The notes beneath the pieces are model-generated. The model saw only the letters and a list, made by a program, of their open reading frames with translations. It searched no databases and was not told the origin of the DNA. Positions 24,349 through 35,085 of a stretch of 64,000 bases of DNA are shown in pieces. The translations under genes and the position numbers were made by a program. Where the stretch lies: assembly GCF_006345805.1 (NCBI RefSeq), contig NC_043014.1:23126001-23190000 (forward strand), read 5' to 3'. Position 1 is the stretch's first letter; each line of letters begins with the position of its first letter. This stretch comes from Octopus sinensis. Lineage: Eukaryota.

Positions 24349-25912
24349 CGTGGTTTGATCAATAAGTATCCAGACTGGAGAGTGAAGCCACTTGGCACAG
24401 ACTGGCCTTGAACTCTGTTGTGCATGTGCACTAAGTTTTAACATTCTAGCTCACTTGTGCTGTTTACAGCAGTGCATGGAAGGATTGTGTATAGTGTGTG
24501 ATCATTGCATTGACCATGACTGAAAGTTGAGCTGAGAATCTGCATCAAATTGTGCCAAAAGCTTGGTGATACCTGCCCAGAGGCCTATGCAAAGTTTTCA
24601 AAGAGCTTTCATTGTTCTCAACACACTGAATAAAACCCAAGTGTCTTTTTGGTCTGCTGAAAACAGTTTTGACACAAACTTGGCAGACATGTATCTCATA
24701 CCCAAATATTCAGTGATAATGGAATATTTTTTGGAAGAGGTAGACCCAGGAAAACCTGGGATGAGGTGGTGAAGAACGACCTTCACGCTTTAGATCTCAC
24801 CGAGGAAATGACCAGAGACCGAGACCTTTGGAAGTATGCTGTGCGCGAGAAGACCTGGCAGGACACGTGAGGCCATAACCCATGGCCCCTACCTGGGACG
24901 TAGTCAGTCCACCTGTGCATACCTTCTTTTTTGGGACACTTGTGAAGACCTGTTGAGGCAAGTGAAAATCAAATCAAATCAAAATCGATGAACATCAATG
25001 GAATTAAAACCATCCGAACGTGGCTGTAGCCAGTACCGCATCGACTGGCCTTCGTGCTGTGGGCACGTAACAAACACCATCCGAGCGTGGCCGTTCGCCA
25101 GCCTCGTCTGGCACCTGTGTCGGTGGCACAAAAAAACACCATCAGAGCGGGCCGTTCGCCAGCCTCGTCTGGCACCTGTGTCGGTGGCACATAATAAACA
25201 CCATCCGAGTGTGGCCGTTCGCCAGCCTCGTCTGGCACCTGTGTTGGTGGCACATAAAAAGCACCCACTACACTCACGGAGTGGTTGGCGTTAGGAAGGG
25301 CATCCAGCTGTAGAAACACTGCCAGATCTGACTGGCTTGGTGCAGCCTTCGGGCTTCCCAGACCCCAGTTGAACCGTCCAACCCATGCTAGCATGGAAAG
25401 CGGACGTTAAATGATGATGATGAATGGATTGAACTGAACTATAACTAATCTGCATATCCTCTGATAACTCACAGATGGTGATTCAATGATTTCCCCTCAC
25501 AGCTGCATGCACATCTGTGATATTTTTCTCACTTCTGCTGGTTGTGGGTCTCCCAGAATGTTCATCAATATTGACATTTTTTTGCCCATCTTGGAAATGT
25601 CTGACCTACTCGTGTGCAGCTCATACACTCCTCTCCATACACTTATTTATACACTCCTCTCCATACATTTTCTACTACTTTGCATAGGCCTCTGAACAGG
25701 TATCACCATGACAACTTTTTCTGTCACAATCAATGCCACGATCACACGTTCCTTCCAAGCACTGCTGTAAACAGTGGATGTGAGCTAGAACATTAAAACT
25801 TAGTGTGCATGTACAGTAGAGTTCCAGATCAATTTGTGCCGAGCAGCTTCACTCTGCATGCTTTAGTTTCGTTACTGTAGCAGCAGTCTAGATACTTATG
25901 GATCAGACTTCG
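24349..25912. mobile_element. mariner derivative with two 5' ends (fold-back), interrupted by an RTE insertion
   Basis: TA|CGTGGTTTGATCAATAAGTATCCAGACT ... AGTCTAGATACTTATGGATCAGACTTCG|TA. About 250 bp inside each end are homologous. The - strand transposase reads ..SVQS|IITEYLGMRYMSAKFVSKL across the RTE insertion. Confidence 0.75.
24724..25422 (+). mobile_element. RTE family A 3' fragment with 4 UTR modules
   Basis: RGRPRKTWDEVVKNDL coding end, module array and (ATG)n tail. Candidate TSD AATGGA at 24718-24723 and 25423-25428. Confidence 0.9.
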
Positions 25913-25937
25913 TAATTATATATATAAATATATATAT

Positions 25938-26241
25938 GCACATAAAAACACCATCCGAGCGTGGCCGTCTGCCAGCCTCGTCTGGCACCTGTCTCGGTGG
26001 CACATAAAAAACACCATCCGAGTGTGGCCGTTCGCCAGCCTCGTCTGGCACCTGTGTCGGTGGCACATAAAATCACCCACTACACTCTCGGAGTGGTTGG
26101 CGTTAGGAAGGGCATCCAGCTGTAGAAACACTGCCAGATCTGACTGGCCTGGTGCAGCCTTCGGGCTCCCCAGACCCCAGTTGAACCGTCCAACCCATGC
26201 TAGAATGGAGAACGGACGCTAAATGATGATGATGATGATGA
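25938..26241 (+). mobile_element. RTE family A 3' UTR fragment (2 modules plus terminal tail) in (TA)n
   Basis: GCCAGCCTCGTCTGGCACC x2, then GAGTGGTTGGCGTTAGGAAGGGCATCCAG...AAATGATGATG. Confidence 0.9.
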
Positions 26242-26248
26242 TATATAT

Positions 26249-26313
<65 letters not shown>

Positions 26314-26338
26314 ATATACACACACACATATATATATA

Positions 26339-27880
26339 TCTCTTATTATAAAAGGCAGATTTTATCTGCCTCCCTTTGTCAGTTATAGAAATCTACAATA
26401 TAGGATTTCTTCAATTACAATTTACCTAGCATTTTTAAGAGTAGAATGCATCGGGTTATGCCAGGTCCAGTTTTTAAAATTTAAACTCCAATTAAGCAAA
26501 ATTTACAGAAAACTCACATTCTGGTGTGTATGTCAAATGCTTTTCTTAATGTGGTTTACACCACACGCACACGCACACACACAGTGTGCAACGAATAAAA
26601 TGAAAGACAATAGAATGTGATGGCGATGTAATATTTGTTTCTGTCTATCACGCTGATAGATACATGAGTAAAATGTATGGCAAGCTAAGAGATAAGAGTG
26701 AGTGAAAATGTTCTTGGAAGAGAGTAAATAGCGACAGAGTGATTTGAGGAAGACTAAACTGAAAGTATTTCTATAAAACGGATCACTCATGCTATCAACA
26801 TAATTTCTCCCACTTTCTCTTTGCAAGTGTACCTTAAACCACTACTCAAAAAATAAAAAAACACAGCAAACAGAAACAAATAAATACATAACGATTTACT
26901 CCTCACACAGTTTCTTCAGTTAGAGTTTACCTAAGATTTTTCAAAGTACTCCATTCGGTCATGCCATAACAAATTTCTTTCAATTTCACCCCCAATTAAG
27001 ACAAAATTCGAGAAAACTCAATATTTTAATATTTCACTCCGAAAGCATTGATGTGCGTGCGTGAGTGTGTGTGTGTGTGTGTTTGATGGGTTGTGCGACA
27101 CAGAAAGTGTGGTGTGTAAGTGAAGTGCTTTTGTTAGTGTGTGTAAAGAGACAGAGTGAAAGACAGAAATAACTGAACTTTTTTTATTCACTTTTTGTAG
27201 TGAGTGACTGAGAGAGAAAAGAGAGAGAGAGGTTATGTATGTATATATGTATGTATGGCTTCAGTGACACACACACACAAAAACACATACCTACGTACAC
27301 CTAAAGCACGCACACACACACGCACAAGCGGAGCGCGAGCTTCAAAATTTTGGTAGTATTAATTTGCGAGCATACTTCTAAGCGCGCGTAATTGAAAGTG
27401 TTCACTATGATATCACGTGCGAAAAAATTCGAAGGGTTTTGAACAATTGAGATACAGATGTCACGCCTGTATTGAAACCATTGCTAAGCTGCCGTAATTG
27501 CTTAATTAAGACTTTGTTTAAATTGAAAGGGGCAAATATGTGACGAGGTTGAAAAAAAATACCCCAGAAAAAAAAATGTACTGCTGGTATTTATATAATT
27601 CACTACTATTTTGCTACAGTGTCATGAAAAAGAAAAAATTTAGGTATGTACAACATATATTATACATTTTTTCTATTCATTCAACGAAAATAAAAAAATC
27701 GAATTCGCCACCCCATTTTCCCCGTTCGCGTTTGTGTAAAAAAAATTATTATTTAAGTTTTAAAAATTATTTACTTTGTTCAAAAAATATTAATATTAAT
27801 TAATTTTCAAGAATTATTTAATTTTATTCTGTAAAATAGTAATTAATTCATTTATCTGTAAATCCGCGAGGTTGTTACTC
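26339..27880. mobile_element. Unclassified repeat, possibly Helitron/Helentron-like; right boundary uncertain
   Basis: Starts A|TC after (TA)n with a perfect hairpin AGGCAGAT-TTT-ATCTGCCT (26353-26371); locally CpG-rich relative to its surroundings. Confidence 0.3.
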
Positions 27881-28186
27881 AGGCACCTAGAAATAGCAGC
27901 CAGATTTTTATATTCTAAATAATTTGCAATTTCAAAAAATATATTAATTTTGCGTTATTTAATTTGATAAATTCTACGGAATAATTTTGCGCGTTGTATA
28001 CGTTCGCGTTTCTGTAAAAAAAGTAATCATTTAAGGGCGATCGAGTATCGAGTACATACGTCTGGCTCGCACGCGCGAATCCGCGTGTGCGCAACCGGGA
28101 CCACTCTGCGATACAAGTACCCATATATACATCCATACATACATGTGTGTGTGTGTCTATGTATGTGTATTAATGTGTGTGTGTTA

Positions 28187-28544
28187 TCTCTATATAAAGC
28201 TAAAGTTGTCTGTGTGCGCCACATTTGGTAACCTTCAACTAACACTATCTCCTCCGAGACCCTGCGGCGCAAGTTGACCAAAATTGAGAGTATGATAGAA
28301 GAAGGGTTGCTCTTCCTTCCATAGAACATAAAATTCAAATCGGACCATGTTAACACCAAAAATTATTTACATCAAAAAGATGCTTTTTTCTATGAAAATC
28401 CCTATTTTTTACGATTTTTTCACTGCTGTGTCGCCACTTTTCGGTGTATTTCGACCAGAAAAATGTTCACAAAATTTTTACTTTTCAAAATTACAATTCC
28501 AGCAGGTCGAAACAAACCCGAGCAACGCCGGGCGATACTGCTAG
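28187..28544 (+). mobile_element. Non-autonomous Helitron-like element
   Basis: A|TC start, subterminal hairpin CCCGAGCAACGCCGGG, end CTAG|T. A second copy lies at 55182-55550. Confidence 0.75.
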
Positions 28545-29506
28545 TATATATATACATGTATATATATATATGGTGTGTGTGTCTTTGTATCTGTGTTTAT
28601 GTCCCATAACATAGCAGTTTGCCAAAAGAGACCGATAGAGTAAGTACCAAACTTCAAAAATAAATAAGTACTGAGGTTGATTTCTTCTACTCAAAATTCT
28701 TTAAGGTTGTGCCATAGCATAGTCACAGTCAAATCACTGAAAAAGTATTTATATATATATATATATTAAACTATGCCAGTCAGATCCCCTCAAAATATAT
28801 CCTCCTGCTTGTTTCTTGACCACTTCTCCCCCTCCCTAACTAACTCTCTCCCTCCCTATGTCTCTCTATGTCTCCCTCTTTCGATAACCACTTGCTTCAC
28901 CTAGACCTCCTCCTACTGCCATCGCCCTATTATAAACTAGCGAATGCATAACGGGACTCCCACTTGCTTCCTAACCCCTACCGAAGAATAACGGGTTGCT
29001 CATAAACGGATAAAAGATAAGAATTCTTCCTTCAACCTCGCTTCATCTACCTACTATTTTTGCACAGATCATTATTCTTTCATTATTTTTTTCATTATTC
29101 TGTCTAGTTCAGTAACATGCCATTCATGTAAATATACTTTTCGATAGTCTTGTCTTCCTTGTTGTTCCCTGAGATAACCTTATATTCATTGATTCACTCA
29201 ACTATTAAAGTCTTAACACTCAGCCTCTTATCTTTCCCCTAAAATTTGTCTTTCTCAGATTTTTCAAACCTACATTTTAGTCTCACGATTAGCAGACCCT
29301 ATTCCTAGTTAGAGGTGCACCTGCCCTCCCACCCCTCCACCTGTACCGGAAGTTCCTAATCTTTGCCATCCTTGGGATGCCTCCCATGAAACTGCAAAAG
29401 TCCTTTCACTAGCCCCACCCCCACTCTCGGTCTATCTCATATAGTGCAAAATATGAAAGGGTAGTGTTATGCAGGTTGAACTGAAGGCTACTGTATTGCT
29501 TGCTCA

Positions 29507-32500
29507 TGAATTCTGCAAAATGCGAGTTTTCTTTTCAGGTACATGAAGCTACTGTCCACTGTCCCAGGGTCTCTAGGGCCCATACCTCCAAAACCCTCAA
29601 CGTTTGGCACACTGAAAGGTAGGTCTGGCGAGATTGTTGAGATACTTGAACGGAGATGTGTTGATATATGTTGCATCCAAGAAGTGAGGTGGAGAGGAGG
29701 TTCTGCTAGGTTCATCACAGGCAAAGAACACAGGTACAAGATTTTCTGGGCAGAGAACACTGATGGGGTTGGGGGCATAGGTATACTTCTTGCTGAAAAA
29801 TGGGTAGATAAGGTAATTTAGGTAATCAGAGTATGTGACAGAATACTTAAGATTAGATTAGTGCTTCATCATGGATTAGCAACCATTATATTGGCCTATG
29901 CCCCTCAGCCGGGGCTATCTAATGGACAGAAAGACCGATTAGACACCCTACTGCAGACTACCTCATTGACGAACGAAAGAAACCTTCTCTTTGTGGCTGG
30001 TGACTTCAATGGGCATGTTGGACAACATGCTGGGGGCTTCCATGGTGTACATGGAGGCTATGGTTATGGTCCCTGCAACGAGGAGGGAACCAGGCTGCTG
30101 GAGGTCTGTGATGCAAATGATCTTATGGTTTGCAACACTAACTTCAGGAAACCTACCAGCCACCTAGTCACCTACAGATTGGGCCGACATACTAGCCAAA
30201 TTGACTACATCCTTGCCAGGAAAAGAAAGAGGGCTGCTTATAAATGCCAAAACCTTCCCAGGCGAAGAATGTACCCCACAATATAGACTTGTAGTTAGTG
30301 ACTTTAGGATCAGGACTAAGAAGACGACCAACATGGAGAAGAAAGGTCTGGAAGCTTAAAGATCCTGCGAATGGACAGAGATTTAGGGACATATTACTTG
30401 AAGTCTTTGACGAAGTAGAAGGGGATATAGCTTCACATGGGGTAGAAGACAACTGGAGGTTTCTAAGGGACAACCTGCTGAGAGCCACTGACCAGATCTG
30501 TGGATGGTGCAAAGTCACTTCTCGACCCAAAATAACGTGGTGGTGGAACAATGTTGTAGACAGGGCTATTAGAGAAAAGAGACAGGCTTGGAAGGACTGG
30601 AAGAATGGTGGTAGCAGGGAATCGTATCAGACTGCCAAAAGAGAAGCTAGGAGACAGTTTAATTAGCCAGAAGGGAAGCAGATAAGAAAGAATTTGCCAG
30701 TGTTCTGCACCATGAGGACCAAAGACTTGAGGTATTTCGTGTTGCAAGACAGTGTGTGAGAGAGAATCGTGATGTTGTAGGAGAGAAATGTGTCCGCATG
30801 GTTGATGGTTCCCTTGCACTAAATGAGGCTGCAAAGAGAGAGGTTTGGAGACGCCACTATGAAAGTTTGCTGAACAAAGAAAATGAATGTGAGAAAGAGA
30901 GTCTGCCGATTGTCGACCCAATAGAGGGAGCAGCTATCTAAGTTGACAGTACCTTGGTCGTTAAAGCAATTAAGAGTATGAAGGCAGGGAAAACCCCCGG
31001 CCCATCAGGAATCACTGCAGAGATGCTCAAAATATCTGGCAGTGTCAGCTATAGCCTAGTCACCTGTATAGTTAACCAGGTGATACACGAAGGAGTCATA
31101 CCCAATGACTGGTGTAGCAGCATAATAGTCAACTGCTACAAAGGTAAAAGTGATGCTCTAGATACAAATAATTACAGAGGTATCAAGCTGTTGGATCAGG
31201 TAATGAAGGTTACGGAGAGGGTCATAGCCCAACTAATTAGAGAGAGAGTTAGTTTAGATGAGATGCAGTTTGGGTTCGTGCCAGAGAAAAGTACCACTGA
31301 TGCTATATTCCTGGTAAGACAGCTGCGGGAGAAAAACCTAGCCAAAGATAAGCCTCTGTACCTGGCTTTCGTTGATATGGAGAAAGCCTTTGACAGGGTC
31401 CCCCGATCCCTTATCTGGTGGTCAATGAGGAAACTAGGGATAAATGAATGGTTAGTGAGAGCTGTGTGAGCCATGTACAGGGACGCTGTTTGTAATGTGA
31501 GGGTTGGCAACGAGTACAGTGAAGAATTCCGGGTAGAGGTAGGGGTCCACCAAGGTTGTCCTCAGCCCCCTCCTATTTATTATAGTCCTCCAGGCAATAA
31601 TGGAGGAATTCAAAACAGGATGCCCCTGGGAGCTCCTCTATGCTGATGACCTTGCTCTAATTGTTGAGTCACTATCAGAACTGGAGAAGTTTCAGGTGTG
31701 AAAGCAAGGATTAGAATCGAAGGGCCTTAGAGTCAACCTAGCTAAAACCAAAGTCCTAATAAGTAGGAAGGTAGACAAATCACAAACGCCTTCAAGTAGA
31801 TGGCCCTGCTCGATCTGTAGAAAAGGCGTGGGTAGAAACTCTATAAGATGCACCAAGTGTAAGCTATGGACACATAAGAGGTGCAGCAATGTCAAAGGAA
31901 GGCTAAGTAGGAAGATAGTTTTTGTATGTGACAGATGCTCAGGAGCAATAAACACTGAAAATGTGCAGACACCAACTTCCACCACATTCTAGGGAGAAAA
32001 ACTAGAAATAGTTGATAGCTTCCGTTACCTAGGTGACCAAGTCAGTAGTGGGGGTGGGTGTAACTGCTAGAGTAAGAATAGCCTGGGCAAAGTTCAGAGA
32101 GCTCTTACCTCTGCTGGTGACAAAAGGCCTCTTGCTCAGAGTAAAAGGCAGACTGTATGATGCATGTGTACAAACAGCCATGCTACATGATAGTGAAACA
32201 TGGGCCGTGACTGCTGAGGATATGCGTAAGCTCGCAAGAAATGAAGCCAGTATGCTCCGATGGATGTGTAATGTCAGTGTTCATACTCGACAGAGTGTGA
32301 GTAACTTGAGAGAAAAGTTGGACCTAAGAAGCATCAGTTGTGGTGTGCAAGAGAGATGTTTGCGCTGGTATGGTCATGTGGCGAGAATGGATGAAGATAG
32401 TTGTTTGAAAAAGTGCCACACTCTAGCGGTTGAGGGAACCTGTGGAAGAGGTAGACCCAGGAAAACCTGGGACAAGGTGGTGAAGCACAACCTTCAAACT

Positions 32501-33246
32501 TTAGGTCTCACCGAGGAAATGACTAGAGACTGAGACCTTTGGAAGTATGCTGTGCGTGAGAAGACCCGGCAGGACAAGTGAGACCATAACCCATGGCCTC
32601 TACTTGGGATGTAGCCAGTCCACTTATGCATACCTTTTCTTCTTGGGACACAAAACTCTACTTGTGAAGACCTGTTGAGGCAAGTGAAAATCAAAATCGA
32701 AATCGATCAACATCAATGGAAATTGTAGCTGTGATACCAGTGCCGGTGACACATAAAAGAACCATCCGAACTTGGCCACTGCCAGCGCTGCCCCAACTGG
32801 CCTCCATGCCAGTGGCACGTAAAAAGCACCATCCGATCATGGTCATTGCCAGCCTCACCTGGCCTCTGTGCCGGTGGCACGTAAAAAGCACCATCTGATC
32901 ATGGCCATTTGCCAGCCTCGTCTGGCACCTGTGCCGGTGGTACATAAAAAGCACCATCCGAACGTGGCCGATGCCAGCGTCGCCTTAACTGGCTTCTGTG
33001 CCGGTGGCACGTAAAATGCACCAACCGATCGTGACCGCTGCCAGACTCCCCTGGCACCTGTACCGGTGGCACATAAAAAGCACCCACTACACTCACGGGG
33101 TGGTTGGCGTTAGGAAGGGCATCCAGTCATAGAAACACTGCCAGATGAGACTGGGCCTGGTGCAGCCTTCTGGCTTCCCAGACCCCAGTTGAACCGTCCA
33201 ACCCATGCTAGCATGGAAAGCGGATGTTAAACGATGATGATGATGA
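29507..33246 (+). mobile_element. Near full-length RTE family A LINE (APE-RT with PHD-like insert), pseudogenised
   Basis: NVGTLKGR..DICCIQEVRW (APE), VAGDFNGHVG, SQIDYIL, QFGFVPEKSTTDAIF, FVDMEKAFDRVP, GVHQG, LYADDL, RLRWYGHV and stop TGA ~32579. Five-module 3' UTR and (ATG)n tail. Multiple stops and frameshifts. Confidence 0.95.
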
Positions 33247-33954
33247 TATATATATCCTCCTGAAACCACTTATAACATACAGTCTGTGTCTGATAGCTCA
33301 GAGGACTGCGTAGGCAAAGCTCAGCAAACCAATTTGCTTAGAGCAGAAGAAGCCGTAGTCAAAGAAGAAGTCAGAAAAGTTGAAAATAACAAATAAAACT
33401 GTTGTTACTTCTGAATTCACTGTAGCATTCTGCCTTCTTTACGTTGCCAAGTACACAGTATTTTTGCAGTCAGTTCAAAACTGTCCACTGTTTGTGTTAA
33501 CTGCCAAAACCAACTTCACACTCTACACCAAATACTGTGTCAACTGTTCGATAGGAAATTGCTCACATCAACTGCCTCACACCAACAACTACATAAAACC
33601 ATTCATGTTGACTTTCATCACACCTGTTGCACATCGTCTTCCAGCATGAACTTTGAACCACCTGTTCACATTGGCTTCCAGCACAAACTAATTTGCCACA
33701 TGGGCAAATAGTCTTAATACTTCACCCACACCATAAAGTGCACTAAAATCATACTGCCTACACTATAAACAGTTATGTGACCACAAAGAATTATTTTATC
33801 GTCTTCGCTTACAAAAACAGAGCGCGGTGTTCTAATTCACGTTGTACGAATGATAAATTATCTGAATATAAATTTTTTCAATCGTAACAATATATATATA
33901 GCCTGTCATTTCAGAACCCGAGAACAAAAAGATTATTAAAGAACTTTATTCTCT

Positions 33955-34320
33955 TATGTAGGCTTGGCTGTGTGTGTGGCACCTTGAGCTATTGTTTTGT
34001 ATTACAGCTTTGAGCCAACCAAAACATTGTGAGTGGATCTGGTTGACAGAAACTGAAAGAGGGTCATTGCATACATATGTATATGTGTGTTTATCTTGTC
34101 TTGACATCAGGTGATTGTTATAAACAAACATCACAGTCATACAAGCAATGTTGTTCATTTCCATTTTGCTATGGAAAGCATGTCTGGCCATGGGGAAATA
34201 TTACCTTGCTTGAAAACAGATACGAGTTGGTGACAAGAAAAGCATCTGGTCATAGAAAAATTCTGGCCAAGATAATTTCTGACTCATGCAAGTATGGAAA
34301 AGTTAATTTCAAATGATGAT
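33955..34320 (+). mobile_element. SINE with RTE-family-A-like 3' tail; related copies ~43180-43625, 48130-48575, 61968-62350
   Basis: Head remnant GGCACCTTGAG..GAGTGGAT.TGGT.GACAGAAACTG; 3' end GTTGG.GACA.GAA..GCATC...CATGCAAGTATGGAAAAG..AAATGATGATG matches the LINE tail. Confidence 0.65.
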
Positions 34321-34871
34321 GGCAATTTCTCGTGCTCTCATTAAAGCTAAGGATTGCCAACTCTTTATGAAAGATTCTAATGAGATCTTTCAACAGCAGT
34401 CTACTAAATTACTCATCAAATAAAAAAAACACTTCATCATCTACTTACCATGACTTAAGAATGGCTCATCACAAATTTTAAAATTGAAAATCTTTTGGCA
34501 TTCATGATAAAGTAGCAAAACTGCTCAAATTAGGGTAATTAGAATGCTGGATCTTCTGTGTAATATTGTATAAAGAATTTGTTGGAAATTGATACAGTTA
34601 GCTATGGTTGGAGGAATGCATTGCCAATGATATTCCATAAAGGAAAAGTGGGTAAATATATTTGGTAATACTTGAGACATTTCTCATCTCAATGAAGTAT
34701 AGAAATTATTGTCGAGGATTATGCTTGAAAGGATGGTTCAACCTGTTGGGATGCCCCTTCTTCTCAAGGCTCGTTCAGGTTCTTTCTGCTCAAGAGGTCC
34801 GAGAGTAATGCATTGAGTAGAGATTTGACCTGTAATCATCAAAATGATTTCTTTAATATATGTTAAGTTAA

Positions 34872-35085
34872 GGTGGTGAGCAGGAAGAATCATTAGCATG
34901 CTGGGCAAAATGCTTAACAGCATTTTGTTCATTTTTACGTTCTGAGTTCAGATTCCACCAAAGTCGACTTTACCTTTCATCCTTTTGTGGTTGATAAAAT
35001 AAGTGCCAATTGAGGGCTAAGGTTGATGTAACAGACTCACTCCCACCCTTGAAATTGCTGGCCTTGTGCCAGAATTTGAAATCTA
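34872..35085 (+). mobile_element. tRNA-derived SINE (third family); copies at ~39965-40175 and 57970-58182
   Basis: AGAATC(A/G)TTAGCA.GC..GG..AAATGCTTA.CAGCAT..TTTAC.TTCTGA..T..AA(A)TTCCACC is shared by all three copies. Confidence 0.75.
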
